Source of the DNA: Rhizaria sp. SCN 62-66
Lineage: Eukaryota
Direction of reading: 5' to 3'
Assembly: GCA_001724265.1 (NCBI GenBank)
Contig: MEDY01000005.1
Span: 124,001 to 188,000 of the forward strand
Length of the DNA: 64,000 bases
The number at the start of each line of letters is the position of its first letter. Position 1 is the stretch's first letter. Shown one piece after another: positions 1-11,399 of the stretch. The notes under the pieces were generated by a model, which did not search any database, was not told the DNA's origin, and was given only the letters and a program-made list of their open reading frames with translations. Position numbers and translations under genes: made by a program.

Positions 1-1
1 C

Positions 2-3000
2 GGGCGTGCTGACGCGCTTGGGCGCCGTGAGAGGCGCGATGGTCCACGCCGCGATGCAACGCACACCGCTATTCGAGGCACCACTCGCGGTCGCAGGCGC
101 GCCGCTGTGGAGGATATAGTCGAGACAGCCGCGGAAGAGGTGCGTGAGGTTCGTGTACTCCGGCTCGCCCTGCGCCTGCGACAGCAACACCGGCAGTAGC
201 TCGGACTGCGGTGTGGGGGCCGCCGCGGGCACGAGCGCGGGCGCGGGGGTGATTACCGTCGCGGGCGCAGGCGAGTCGCGTGCGACAAGAGCGTGAGTGG
301 TTGAAACGGCGTTCGTGTTACCCATGCACTGGGTGTGATCGTTGTTGTTGACTGCGAAAACAGAGCTGAGGCCGAGAGAGTGGGTCAGCTCATCGTCGCA
401 CAAAACACCGCTGCCATCGCCACTGCCGCTGCTAGGGCCACGGGGCAGCCAGAGCGCGTGTTGCCAGCTGGGCTTGCTCAGTCTACGCACCGTGTCGGAG
501 ACACAAGAGAAGCTCGTGTTCGGAGTCGCTTCGTCGCTCGGGCTGATACTGTTGTTCAGAGTTGGGATCGGCAGAGGCAAATGCAGCACCGACAACAGAG
601 CGCGGGGATTCACGATGACCATAGACTCGGAGACAGCTCTGGGCTCAGCGTTCGACTCGTCCGCCTCGGTGTCCACCCCTGAGGTAGAGTCGGCGTCAGA
701 CTCAGAGTCCGACTCGGTGTCGGAGAAGACTTCGCCGCCGTAACCCACGAGCACGACGCGCTTCCTCCTGGTCTTGTCCGTGGCGTCCGCACTGTCACCG
801 CCGCTCGCGGTGCTGCCTCCATCACAAGCACTGGTGGGCTTGGCAGCTGGGACAGGCATCGTAACGAACAGCGGCGGCAGCGGCAGCAGCGCCGACAACG
901 GGGTCACCTGCGTTTGCGACAGCGACTGCCACTGTGTAGCGTGCGACTGCGCGGTGTGCGACAGAGACTGCGTGTGCGCGTAGGAGCAGTGCGGCAGCGG
1001 GAGTGGGAGCGCGATGGGCGCGAAGGACGGCGGCAGCGAGCTGGCCGTGGGCAGCGTCGGTGGCAGGCGCGGGTGCTGCAGGAGTCCGTTGGCGACCGCG
1101 TGCGGTGACGCCACATCCGCCGCCACAGAGGCCGGCACCGCGATCGTCGCCGCGGGGGCCAGCGCGGCAGCCGCGGCGCCGGCGCCGGCTGCCACGGGGG
1201 CCGGCGTGGCGGCAGGCGCGGCGCTGGCAGCAGCGGCAGCAGAAGGAGCGTTGACAGCGGCGCTCTTCGCGCTCTGTGTGTGGTAGCACAGCAGGGCGTT
1301 GACGCCGCTGGTGTTGCCGGCCGGAGTGGCGCCGAAACTCGCAGGGCTGCTGACCGCGTTGCCGTTGCTGCAGCAGCTGGGACTCAGCGTGAACGACGAC
1401 GACCGCGGCGGCAGCCCCTTGCGGGCCGCACCGGCGCCAGCGCTGGTCGGCGAGAGGGTAACGCCGTTGGCAGAGGTCAAGCCGGAAATGGGCTGAAGCG
1501 TGACGGTGAGTCTAGCGGAGAGTGGGCCGTGGCCGTGAACAAGCGCTTGACCGGCACCGTGACTGGGCTCAGCGCCAATCAGGCCGATGGGACTCAAATG
1601 AGTGTGGCCGTGCACAGACGCTGCGAGGGCTCTAACTCTAGCGCCCACGCTCGCAATCGACTCGGCCGCGAACGCGGACGCAGCGGCGGCGCCGCCCGCG
1701 GCCCCGACCGGGCTGCCGTTGCCGCTCTTGCCCTTGGCCGCCCCCACACTAATGACGCCAACGCCAGCGCCACTGCCGCCCCCGCTGACGCCGTTGACTG
1801 CGATGGCGAGGCCGGTCAGCCCGCTGACGCCGACGGCGACGCTGCGGCTGTTGCTGTTGCTGCGCGGCGGCAGCGGCGGCGACAGCGACGGGGACTGCGA
1901 CGGCGAGGGCGACGGAGACGGTGACGGCGACGGGGACGGCCGCGGGGACGGGGCGGGCGTCGCCGCGCCCGCGCTAAGGCCCGCGACGAGAGGCAGGTTG
2001 TCGTCGTCTTCGCTGTGGTCGCCCTCATCCTCCTCGCCGTGGCACGGCAGGTGGCCGCCGTTGCCGCCGTGGTGGCCGGCGCCGAAGGCGTTGTTGATGA
2101 GGCTGTGGATGATATTGCCGTGGCGGCCAGGGTACCGCGCGCCCATCTTGGCCGACACTGGTGCGACGCTGCCGCCGTGGCCGCCCGTGGCATGAGTGCC
2201 GTTGCCGCTGCCGCTGACTCTGCTGCTGGTGCTGCTGGTGCTCGTCCGACTGGCGGGGCTGTCGCCGTCGCGGTCGGCCGCGTGGGCGCCGGAGTCAGCG
2301 AGCCCCGCGGGTGCGTGCGCGTTAGTGGTAGTGTTGGGGCTCAGATGACTGTCGGGAGAGAGCATGTCACTGCTGCCGCTGGCGCTGCTGCTGCAGGCGC
2401 GAAGGTTGCTGTGGCTATGGCTGCGGTTGTGGCTGCCGCGGGCGCTCAGGCTCGGGCTGTTGTTATTGTTGAAGTTGTACGTGTTGACAACGGCGTCCTG
2501 ATCCTGGTCGGGACCAGCAGGCGCTTCGTTCGCCGCAGAGTCAGCCGCGGCAGCGCTCGCGCCGGCGCAGGGTCCGTTACCAGACTCAACAGCCTTCGAA
2601 CTGACACCGTCGCGGGCGTCGCCACTCTGTTTGCTGTCGTCGTTGCAGGTGGAGGTAGCGTTGTTATCGGTGTTAAACAAACGGCGCTCGTGCTCGTAGT
2701 CGTATCTTAGATAGCGGCCGTAGCTGCCCCTGCTGTCGTCGTTGTCGGCGTCGTTGCCGCCGGGACCACCGCCACCGATGTTCGCGTTGGCGTCGGCGTC
2801 AGCGTCCGGGCCGGGCAAGATCGAGCCCAGCCGCTGCTTGAACCTGTCGGCGACCTTTGCGCTGGAGCGGCCGAACCAGTACACGCGGTTGCAGCTGCCG
2901 TTGGCGCACATGTAGAAGTGGAGCGTGCGTCCGTTACGGTTGTTAACGCCCGTCTTGACCATCTCGGGCACGAAGGGCAGCGAGCGCACGTGCTCCAGCG

Positions 3001-6000
3001 ACACGGGGTAGAAGGGCGTGTTGCACGCCGTGCACAGCGAGAAGATGCGCTTCGGGTCGAAGCCGATCGCCAGCGACTCGAGGATGAACCGCAGCCGCGC
3101 GTCGGCGCGCTGCGACGACATCAGCACACGCTTGCCCGCCGCCGTGGCCGTCGTCGCCGCCTTGGACGCGTCGGCGACCGCGGACTCGGGGATGCAGTCG
3201 CCACCGCCGCCGCCGGTCGGGTTGCCAGCGGCGTCGCAGTCGTTGTCGTCCTCCTCGTCGTCCTCCTCGTCCGCGTCGGCACCCTTCGCGTGCGACTTGC
3301 TCTTCGCAGTGACCTCCGACACGGCCGCGGCAGCGTCCGCCGCGGCCGCAGCCTTGGCCGCAGCGGTGGCGGCGACGACGGCCGAGACCTTGGGTTCGAG
3401 GTACTCGCTGGGCAGCGGACTGGGGATGTAGAGGCACTTAGGGCAGTTCGCGCGCTTGGTGATGCTCTTGCTGTCGGTGACGATGACGCGGCCCTCGAGG
3501 ATCGCGAGGCGGAACAGTGCGTCGACCTCCGCGCGCGTGCGCGTGTGCTCGACGTAGGCCGTATCAATGCCGATCGAGCGCAGCGACTTGGCTAGCCGCA
3601 GCAGCGAGGACGTCACCACCAGACGCGCGGGGGCCGCCGACCGCGGCGGCGACGGCGCGCGCACCACGCTGCTGCCACCGCTAGCACCGTCGCTAGTACT
3701 CTGCTGCTGCTGTTGACTCAAGAGCTCTTGTTGTTGCTGTTGCTTCTGCTGTTGCAGGAGCAGTTGCTGCTGGTCGAACGCATGGTGCGTCCTCAGTGCG
3801 CTGTCGCTGTTGTCGCCGCCGCCCGCGTACACGCCGTCGGCGGCGTCGCCGCTCTTGTCGAGCTCGTAGGAGCGGACAAATGGGATGCTGAACTCGCCCT
3901 CGACGTGGCCCAGCGCGGGGAACACCGGCCCGCTGAGTCCGCACGCCAGCCCACCGTAGCCGCCCGCTGCGGCCGCGCCCGCGGTGTCGCCGTGCGCAGA
4001 CAGCGAGTCGGCGGCAGCCGCGCTGGGGGCGGTGTGCGCTGCGCTCGCGGAGGGGAGCGTGCTGTAGTTATAAATGTCGGTGGTCGAGATCGACGCCACG
4101 TCGGTGCCGAACACGTGCTGCTTCTTGCCCCCCGCGCCGCTCTTGCCATTGCCGGCGTCGCCGACGGGGCCCGCGGAGAGGAAACCGCTGCTGGAGACGG
4201 CCTTGCCCCGGCCACGGGCACCGGCGACGGCGCCCGCCGCAGCGGCCTCGGTGTCGTCGTCGGCACTGAAGCTATTGCAGTGAGTGGCAGGCGCGGACGC
4301 GGATGCGAGCGTGAGCGCGGCGATGGTGTTGTTGGTGGCCGCGGTGGGCGAGACTAAGCTGCCGCCGGGCAGAATTGTGCCCGGAGAGGGGTGGATGCCG
4401 TCGTAGGCGCGCACGTCCGCGCTGCGCACGCCGACGAACCGCTGCAACGGCTGGCACTGCGGCGGCGACTGCAACTGTGGATGTGGCGAAGACTGTGACT
4501 GCGATGGCGAAGTGTGCGCGGGCACGTCGAGCGACTTGGTTGACGACGTCGGTGAGGATGTTGCTGTCGCAGGGAAGAGGGCCAGCGCGAGGCCCGAGCC
4601 GGAGCCTCTGGCGCTGCACGCGGCCGCCAGCAGCGCCGCCGCGGCGTCGTCGCCCGCCGCGCCGGACGCGCCAGACGCGGTGTCGGTGCTCGAGACGGCG
4701 CTCGCGCCCGACACAGCGGCGGCGTCGGTCTGAATCTGACTCGGGCTCGTGCCGGTGGGCACCGCGCTAGAGCTGCCGTGAGGCGTGGTCGCAGAGCCGG
4801 TCGGCAGGGGCGTGCGGATGCTGCTGAGCAGGCGGTAGACGAGCGAGTGCGGCATCGAGTTGAAGTCTCCGGTCAAAAACACCGGCGGCAGCGCGCCATC
4901 ACTGCCAGCGTCAGCAGACACGCTCTTGTTGGGACTCTGTTCTGACTTCGCAGCGTGCGCGGTCTGTGTGGCGATGGCGAGACGGTAGGCCTCAATGCTG
5001 CGGAGCAGGTACAGCGACTGCCACAGCTTCACGTCCTCGAACATCGGGTTCCAGAACAGGTGCGCCGTCGCGACCACCACCGGCGGCGGGCGCACGCCGG
5101 GACCATTGGCGGTCTGGCCGGCCTCTGAGTCGAAGCTGCTAGTGTCCGCTGCATTGGTAGACTCGGAGGAGGCAGAGTGCATGTACACGTCTTTGCAGGC
5201 CCGGAGCGCCTGGTCGCGCGCACTCGCGTAGTGCGCGCGCGAGTGACCGTGGGCGGTCGCCAGCGAGGGATTGCGAACTGCACTCGAACTCGCATTCGCA
5301 GTCGCCGAGGCGGGAGTAGGGGTGCGCTGGCGCCGCGGCTGCAGGGCGAGGATGAGGCCGACGTTGTTGCGGTGATAGCGCTCGATGCCGGGGCCGGTGG
5401 GCACCGAGGGGGCCAGCGCTGCGGCAGCCGCAGCAGAGCCTGTGAAGGCGCCTGTGACGGCGCCAGAGCCAGAGACTGTGAGGGCAGTGCTGGAAGTGAC
5501 AGCGCCGTCAGCGCTGTTCGCGGACGCGTCAGTCTGAGTCCCCGCCTGCGTACTATGGCTCGGGACGTGGGTGTAAATACCGGACTTGAGTCCAAACACT
5601 GACGCGACGGTGGGCACGAGCGAATACCGCACAGCGCCAGCGCCAGCGCCAGCAGCAGCACCGGCGTTCGCGCTGCTCTCGCATTGAGTGGGAACGTAGG
5701 TGGCGGGCATGAGCGCGGCGGCCGGGTCCGAGAGGTCGTCACAGTGCACGCCCAGCGGCAGCGCGGCCAGCGCGAAGGCTGCGGCGCGGAACGCGATGAG
5801 GCACCCGTCGGCCTTGGTGCGGGACGCACTCGAAGTCGCCAGCGGAGTTGCGGGCACGGCGGGCGACTGCAGCGCCGCCGCGGGGCTCAGCAAGCCCGCC
5901 TCGCCGGCCAGAGGGTCCGCCCCGCTCGCGCCGCGGGCGGGCGTGGCGGCGGCGGGGGACGCGCCGGCAGCGGCTCTAAAGCCCGGGGGCAGCGGGGGCC

Positions 6001-7987
6001 GGCCGCCGGCGAGCGACGTGGCGGCCGCCTTCGGGCTGGTGCCTCTAGCACCCGCGCCCGCGCCGGCAGTCGCGGCCGCAGCCGCAGCGCCCGTCCCGGT
6101 GGCCGCAGCGGCGGCCGCAGCGGCGGCGGCGGCGGCGGCGGCGGCGGAGTTGGCAACCCGCAGCCTTAGTTCGTGCGCGGAGGGCAGCACGACGGTGATG
6201 AGGTCGGTGCACTTCTCCTCGGCGGCCAGACGCGCGGCCTTAAGCGCCGCGGCCGCAGCCTTGTCCGCACGGCTCAGGGGCTGCTTGCCTTTGCCCTTGC
6301 CCTTGCCCTTGACACCACCGCCGGGAGCAGTTGTGTGAGACTGGGGCTGAGTCTGGGCGCTCTCGATGTCGCTGCTTTCGGGGTTGGGTGAGATAACGAG
6401 GCTAGAGTCGGCCTCAGCCTCAGCGTTCGTCGCGGTCTCAGGCTCTGGCACGGCGTCGTCGCCACCATCGTCATCGTTCTCATTGTCGTCGTCGTCGTTC
6501 GCATTGTTGCTGTTGTTGCTGTTGTTGTTCTCATCCGTAGCAACAACGTCGTCGACACTGTTCGCGTTCGCAGCATCCTCAGCGTCTGCAGCAGCATCAG
6601 CAGCCGCGTCCGCAGCCGCGTCAGCCTCGACGGTGTTCTTGCTGTCGCCGTTACCGTCGCCGGCGCCGTCGCGTGAGACGAGTTGTTTCCTGCGGTTGAG
6701 GTATCCCTTGCTGGCGAGGTAGAGCTCGCTCTCAAGGTACTCTGTGAGCACAAAAAGTCCCGCGCGCACGCAGTGGCTCGCTGTCTCGCGCAGGTGGCCG
6801 CGCACCTGCCGCTCCGAGAAGCCCTTGCGCTCGAGCGACACGATGTAGTTGTCGCGGAACTCCGGGCTCACCATGAGCATCTCCTGCCGGTGCAGCACGC
6901 GGCGCGATTCGCGCGTGAGTCCCCGGCGCCGCACCTGGTCGTAGCAGACAGTCACGCCCAGCGGGCTGCACAGCGACGAAAGCAGCGGGCACCGCACCGC
7001 CGCGCTCGTGCTCACCGTCACCTGCGTACCCGCGGCACTGCCAGTGGTACCCGTGGTGGTACCTGTGGGGCTCAAGGTCGCTTGAGCACCAGTCCCGGCC
7101 GCGGGCCCAGTGGCGCCCGCGGCCGCTACGGCGGACTGCGATTGGAGCTGCGACGACGAGGGCTCCGCGTCTTGTTGCTGCTGTTGTGCGCTCTTGTCGT
7201 CGGCAGTGTCGTCGGAGGCATTGCTGTTGCTCGTAGCGCTGTCTGTGCCGGTCTTGTTCTTGCGCTTGCGGCCGCCGCCGGAGGACGCGGAGGCAGAAGC
7301 GGCGGAGATGGCGGCAGCCTCGGCCGTCGCGGCTGCAGCCATCTCCATGAGAGACGGGTGCTTCGTATCAGCGCGCTCGCTGCTGTCGTTGCTGTTGTTC
7401 TTCTTGTTGTCCAGACGGATGATGTGGACGCAATTCATCGCAATCACGTCAAGCTCGGCCTCACTCAGCCCGCCTACAGCCACAGTCGCTGTCGCGCCCG
7501 CACTGGTAGCCACAGCAGCAGCAGTATTATCGCTGCACAGCGCATTCACACCGCAAGCCTCACCCGCCAGACTGTTACTGATGACAGCGCCCGCGCCAGC
7601 GCCAGCGCCAGCGCCGTGCTCGGACGACGGCAGCAGCAGCTGGTTGGCGAGCGCGTTGGCGCGGGCAAACTGGCGGTACTTGCGCGCGCGCGAGACGCTG
7701 GCGGTAGCGTACGTGACGTCGCGGCAGCCACGGCGCAGGTACACGACGTCGTAACCCAGCGCGACGAGCAGCGGCGCCCACGCAGAGTGCAGGTTGTCGA
7801 CCTCCTGGAGCGCAACCACGTCTGCGCCCGCCTGTCGCAGCGTCGCCGCAAAGCGCGCCGCGCGGGAGGGGAACGCCAGCAGCGACTTGGGGCAGTAGGG
7901 AAACTGCTTGGAGGACGCGTAGGCCTTGGCCAGGACGTTCCACGTCAACAGCGAGAAGTGGAACGAGCGCGCGGGCGTGGAAATCAT
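2..7987 (-). CDS. CCR4/Angel/nocturnin-like EEP (exonuclease-endonuclease-phosphatase) protein with a nested Mut7-C domain; 3'-partial, >2660 aa, apparently intronless in this window
   Basis: Stop-free minus frame from ATG 7987 off the window edge, so absent from the ORF track. In-frame motifs: FSLLTWNVLAKAY and DVVALQEVD (~7950-7800), RNNVGLILAL (~5370), VVATAHLFWNPMFEDVKLWQ (~5075), LTGDFNSMPHSLVY (~4870), Mut7-C block RLVVTSSLLRLAKSLRSIGIDTA...EGRVIVTD...IFSLCTACN...FYMCANGSCNRVYWFG (3625-2870), EPEYTNLTHLFRGCLDYILH (~170-110). Confidence 0.88.
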   Translation of the reverse strand, partial: MISTPARSFHFSLLTWNVLAKAYASSKQFPYCPKSLLAFPSRAARFAATLRQAGADVVALQEVDNLHSAWAPLLVALGYDVVYLRRGCRDVTYATASVSRARKYRQFARANALANQLLLPSSEHGAGAGAGAGAVISNSLAGEACGVNALCSDNTAAAVATSAGATATVAVGGLSEAELDVIAMNCVHIIRLDNKKNNSNDSSERADTKHPSLMEMAAAATAEAAAISAASASASSGGGRKRKNKTGTDSATSNSNASDDTADDKSAQQQQQDAEPSSSQLQSQSAVAAAGATGPAAGTGAQATLSPTGTTTGTTGSAAGTQVTVSTSAAVRCPLLSSLCSPLGVTVCYDQVRRRGLTRESRRVLHRQEMLMVSPEFRDNYIVSLERKGFSERQVRGHLRETASHCVRAGLFVLTEYLESELYLASKGYLNRRKQLVSRDGAGDGNGDSKNTVEADAAADAAADAAADAEDAANANSVDDVVATDENNNSNNSNNANDDDDNENDDDGGDDAVPEPETATNAEAEADSSLVISPNPESSDIESAQTQPQSHTTAPGGGVKGKGKGKGKQPLSRADKAAAAALKAARLAAEEKCTDLITVVLPSAHELRLRVANSAAAAAAAAAAAAAAATGTGAAAAAATAGAGAGARGTSPKAAATSLAGGRPPLPPGFRAAAGASPAAATPARGASGADPLAGEAGLLSPAAALQSPAVPATPLATSSASRTKADGCLIAFRAAAFALAALPLGVHCDDLSDPAAALMPATYVPTQCESSANAGAAAGAGAGAVRYSLVPTVASVFGLKSGIYTHVPSHSTQAGTQTDASANSADGAVTSSTALTVSGSGAVTGAFTGSAAAAAALAPSVPTGPGIERYHRNNVGLILALQPRRQRTPTPASATANASSSAVRNPSLATAHGHSRAHYASARDQALRACKDVYMHSASSESTNAADTSSFDSEAGQTANGPGVRPPPVVVATAHLFWNPMFEDVKLWQSLYLLRSIEAYRLAIATQTAHAAKSEQSPNKSVSADAGSDGALPPVFLTGDFNSMPHSLVYRLLSSIRTPLPTGSATTPHGSSSAVPTGTSPSQIQTDAAAVSGASAVSSTDTASGASGAAGDDAAAALLAAACSARGSGSGLALALFPATATSSPTSSTKSLDVPAHTSPSQSQSSPHPQLQSPPQCQPLQRFVGVRSADVRAYDGIHPSPGTILPGGSLVSPTAATNNTIAALTLASASAPATHCNSFSADDDTEAAAAGAVAGARGRGKAVSSSGFLSAGPVGDAGNGKSGAGGKKQHVFGTDVASISTTDIYNYSTLPSASAAHTAPSAAAADSLSAHGDTAGAAAAGGYGGLACGLSGPVFPALGHVEGEFSIPFVRSYELDKSGDAADGVYAGGGDNSDSALRTHHAFDQQQLLLQQQKQQQQQELLSQQQQQSTSDGASGGSSVVRAPSPPRSAAPARLVVTSSLLRLAKSLRSIGIDTAYVEHTRTRAEVDALFRLAILEGRVIVTDSKSITKRANCPKCLYIPSPLPSEYLEPKVSAVVAATAAAKAAAAADAAAAVSEVTAKSKSHAKGADADEEDDEEDDNDCDAAGNPTGGGGGDCIPESAVADASKAATTATAAGKRVLMSSQRADARLRFILESLAIGFDPKRIFSLCTACNTPFYPVSLEHVRSLPFVPEMVKTGVNNRNGRTLHFYMCANGSCNRVYWFGRSSAKVADRFKQRLGSILPGPDADADANANIGGGGPGGNDADNDDSRGSYGRYLRYDYEHERRLFNTDNNATSTCNDDSKQSGDARDGVSSKAVESGNGPCAGASAAAADSAANEAPAGPDQDQDAVVNTYNFNNNNSPSLSARGSHNRSHSHSNLRACSSSASGSSDMLSPDSHLSPNTTTNAHAPAGLADSGAHAADRDGDSPASRTSTSSTSSRVSGSGNGTHATGGHGGSVAPVSAKMGARYPGRHGNIIHSLINNAFGAGHHGGNGGHLPCHGEEDEGDHSEDDDNLPLVAGLSAGAATPAPSPRPSPSPSPSPSPSPSQSPSLSPPLPPRSNSNSRSVAVGVSGLTGLAIAVNGVSGGGSGAGVGVISVGAAKGKSGNGSPVGAAGGAAAASAFAAESIASVGARVRALAASVHGHTHLSPIGLIGAEPSHGAGQALVHGHGPLSARLTVTLQPISGLTSANGVTLSPTSAGAGAARKGLPPRSSSFTLSPSCCSNGNAVSSPASFGATPAGNTSGVNALLCYHTQSAKSAAVNAPSAAAAASAAPAATPAPVAAGAGAAAAALAPAATIAVPASVAADVASPHAVANGLLQHPRLPPTLPTASSLPPSFAPIALPLPLPHCSYAHTQSLSHTAQSHATQWQSLSQTQVTPLSALLPLPPLFVTMPVPAAKPTSACDGGSTASGGDSADATDKTRRKRVVLVGYGGEVFSDTESDSESDADSTSGVDTEADESNAEPRAVSESMVIVNPRALLSVLHLPLPIPTLNNSISPSDEATPNTSFSCVSDTVRRLSKPSWQHALWLPRGPSSGSGDGSGVLCDDELTHSLGLSSVFAVNNNDHTQCMGNTNAVSTTHALVARDSPAPATVITPAPALVPAAAPTPQSELLPVLLSQAQGEPEYTNLTHLFRGCLDYILHSGAPATASGASNSGVRCIAAWTIAPLTAPKRVSTP

Positions 7988-8809
7988 CGGCGCGGACGAC
8001 GCGGGGGAGCTATATCTAGAGATAGAACTAGGGTTGCAGAGCGGCTGTGGTGCGCAGGCAAGGGATGTGCTGTTATGAGCTGGTTGCGGCGACGGCGGCT
8101 CTTGCGCAGGCGAGGCGAGGGTTGACACTGGGGGTGTTTGTGCTCTGGGCAGCAACGGAGGATCTCTGTTGCTGGTGTCGCCTCTGTCGGAGGCGTATGT
8201 GGAAGAAGACAAGGCCGACATGGTGGATATGGCCCAAAAAAGGCGCGGAAAATCCTGTCGGGGGAAGTTATTGAAGTTGGCGTGGGCACGGGCGCCATGG
8301 GGTGAGGGGACGAGGGAATGCGATGCAAATTGTAAAAGTGGACTTTGTGAGTCAAATACATGCACTTCTGGAATTTTATGCAAATTATATCAATAGAAAA
8401 CGAGGCGATGCTCTTGATTGCGTCGCGTTTAAAGTCAGAAAACGTATTTTCATGGCAGCACAATCACATGAATGACCTCAGAAAAGGCAAGAGTGCGTTC
8501 GTGGTCGGTGGGCTCGAGGCACATTTGCTCAGAAGCCATTGAGAGCAATAAACTGCTTTCTAACTTTGCGGTAAAATGTCGGAATAACAACAGCTTCATC
8601 AATTATTGTCTCGCAAAATGCTGGCGCTGATGACGATTCAGGAGCTGCAAGTGGACTCAATTTCAATTCAAGCTTCCCAGCCTTCATCTCGCGAGGGATC
8701 CCGACTTTCTCGCTTCCTCGCTCCCCGCAACCCCGCATTGCTATGTTTCCTTCTGCCTTGCTTACCCCCACATACGTGCCTACTATTTGTTCTGTTTTAT
8801 AGTCCTCTC

Positions 8810-9573
8810 ATGTCTGCCCACGACGGAGAGCACGCGGCCTACATCCCCGACGCCGCCACTGACGCCGACACCGCTGTCGGTGTTGACGCCACCGACGCCG
8901 CCGCCGTTGACGCCGCCGCCGCTGCCGGCCCCGTCGCGGACGAGTTCTACCTGCGCTACTACGTGGGCCACCGCGGCTCGTACGGGCACGAGTTTCTCGA
9001 GTTCGAGGTGCGTCCCAACGGCCTGCTGCGCTACGCCAACAACACCAACTACAAGGGCGACCGCCTCATCCTCAAGGAGGTGCTGCTCAGCGACAGCGTG
9101 ATGGAGCAGATGAAGCGCATCGTCGCTGAAAGCGGCGTGATGAACCACGACGACTACAACTGGCCTGAGCCCAACGAGGATGGCCGTCAGGACCTCGAGA
9201 TCAGCTATGGCAACAGCCGCATCTCGTTCGTCGTACGTTTCTCCTTCAAAGATATCAAAGCGTTTTGATGCAATGAATCAAAGACTATTCAAACATCGTC
9301 TTTTATAACTGTATTTCACTGTGTACTATATATGTAGACCTTAATTATTTGTTTAAGTGCTCATATACGCCCTCAAACCGTATGTTTTGTGTGTGCTTTG
9401 TTTCTTCCCTCCCTCGCCTCCAGACCTCGAAGTTGGGCTCGCTGGTCGAGGTCAGCCAGCTGCCGTGCGCCGAGAGCATCCGCGACTTCTACTTCCTTGT
9501 CCAGGACATCCGCTGCTTTGTCCTCTCGCTCATTTCACTGCACTTCAAGATCAGCCCGTACAGCGCCAAGTAA
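8810..9573 (+). CDS. MAGOH: Mago nashi, exon junction complex core subunit (190 aa; exons 8810-9232, 9424-9573)
   Basis: [39 protein letters not shown]...GRQDLEI...ISFV|TSKLGSL...[30 protein letters not shown]...CAG intron 9233-9423. Stop TAA. Confidence 0.97.
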
Positions 9574-10179
9574 GCGCGCTGCGAGCCGACCGCAACGCAG
9601 TCACTTATCGCGACTGCTCTGCGGCGTAATGAGATAGCTATGTTTGTATATTTGTCTTTTCAGTGTATGGCGTGAGTGGTGTTGTGTCACTACGTGTGCA
9701 ATTGCAACTAACTCATCGCTGTACGCACTTTAGCAACAACAACAATGGTTAAGATTGGCAGCAAGCACAAGCATGATATACAGGCTGCTTGGCTGCGAGA
9801 GGTGGCACGAGATCAAAACAAGCGACAGAAGATCAACTGGCTTATGTATGCATGACCAAGCCATTCTTCCGTTTGGTGCTTGTGTTTTGTGCGCACATTC
9901 AATGAAATGGTGGAGAACCGCACTGGAGGAGCAGAGCGTGGCAGGACCAGTCTGCACTTGTGGTCCGTTACTTCAGCCAGCAAGAGGCTGGCAAGATGGG
10001 ACTTTACAAAAATGACTTTACATTGATACAGAGACCGTATTATCGCATTGCTTTGTTTTGACAGATTTTTTCGCTTGTTTTTGTATAATTTAACGTTTTT
10101 ATATCCTTTGCAAAAGACGTTAACCTCACGAAACCTCTCGAAACCCTTCCTCTCTGGCACACGCTTTGCAGCAATCTCT

Positions 10180-10704
10180 ATGTCCCACTTCAGCCCGGCC
10201 ACCTACACCCCGTTCGCGTCCTCCGTGACCAACTTTTCCAACCCGTCTAGCTCCGACAAGTCTCTTAACCGCTTTGCCGAGTCCTACTCGAACCAGCTCG
10301 CGTCCGGCGCCGGGCTCGTCCCCGCGGGCGTGCAGGTGAACGCCTACTTCGAGACTGACCTGCCGCGCAACTTCCTCGACCTGCGCCACGCCTCGCAGCT
10401 CCCCATCGCGGCCAAGATCCGCGCGACGTGCGGCGCCTCGTTTAGCGACGCCGCGGGCTCCGGGCTTAGCGTGCAGACCCACTCTTCGGGCAAGGGCTGC
10501 GTCGTCTCGGCCATCCGCGCCGGCTCCGCCGCCGCCGAGGCCCGCCTCCAGATCGGCGACGTCATCTACGCCGCGCACTCGTACCTCGTCGACGACGCCG
10601 CAGACTACGCCGCCGTGGCCTTCAAGACCCCCGGCCCGCTGGAGGTGTTTTTCACGCGCCCCGGCACCGAGGTCAAGATGCAGGTCGTCATCTACCGCTC
10701 GTGA
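10180..10704 (+). CDS. Small PDZ-domain protein (174 aa)
   Basis: GC3-rich codons. C-terminal PDZ-like pattern GLSVQ...GCVVSAIRAGSAAAEARLQIGDVIYAA. Stop TGA. Confidence 0.75.
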   Translation: MSHFSPATYTPFASSVTNFSNPSSSDKSLNRFAESYSNQLASGAGLVPAGVQVNAYFETDLPRNFLDLRHASQLPIAAKIRATCGASFSDAAGSGLSVQTHSSGKGCVVSAIRAGSAAAEARLQIGDVIYAAHSYLVDDAADYAAVAFKTPGPLEVFFTRPGTEVKMQVVIYRS

Positions 10705-11399
10705 GCGCGAAGCGGCAACGACGAAACCGAGAACAAACTCTTTGAAGCAAGCTCGTGAAGCCATAGCCAACGCCGCCTAGCACGAATCTACTTAGATACG
10801 CGTGTATACAGACGTGTCTGGTGCGATCTCTTGATCTGGGGCTGTTTCATCAATCCTTAGGCTGGCATGCAAACGGTGCTGACACCTAACGCGATGCTTT
10901 GTTGACGATAACTATTGGGCCATTTTTGATTTTCTATCTGGTGCAAAACAATCACACCCAAAACAAAACGACAAAGTAGTTGCCGATTGTTCTGCTACCC
11001 TCACTTTCTTCTTGCTTAATGCATGCACATGACATTCACGTTGTGTTGTTGATTGCTAACTTGGGTTAGCGACGTACTGCAGACAAAACAAAATAACAGT
11101 AATAAAATCAGCATTACTCACTATCTGTCGCCATAATACTATCGTATTAATAACCTGTAATTGAAGCTATGCTGTTTAAAGATTGCTTTTGATGATTAAG
11201 CAATTGCATCATGTTTGTATTCTTAATACGGACTGATACGGCACGACAGCCAAGCGTCTTGTTGTTGATGCCGTCCACAAAAAGGCATCAACCGCATGCA
11301 GGCCTAACTTGGGTATTGGCACTCCCTAGCCCGATAACTGACTGGCATACTCCCTGCTCACTTCGAACACTGAGCGCTATCCGTGCAGCCACAGTGCTC

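Noticed and set aside
335-8125. Numerous long plus-strand and off-frame ORFs over the first gene (and similar shadow ORFs over NOC3, WDR60 and IPO5)
   Set aside because: Antisense or out-of-frame shadows of GC-rich coding sequence. They lack motifs, and the true frame has recognisable domains.
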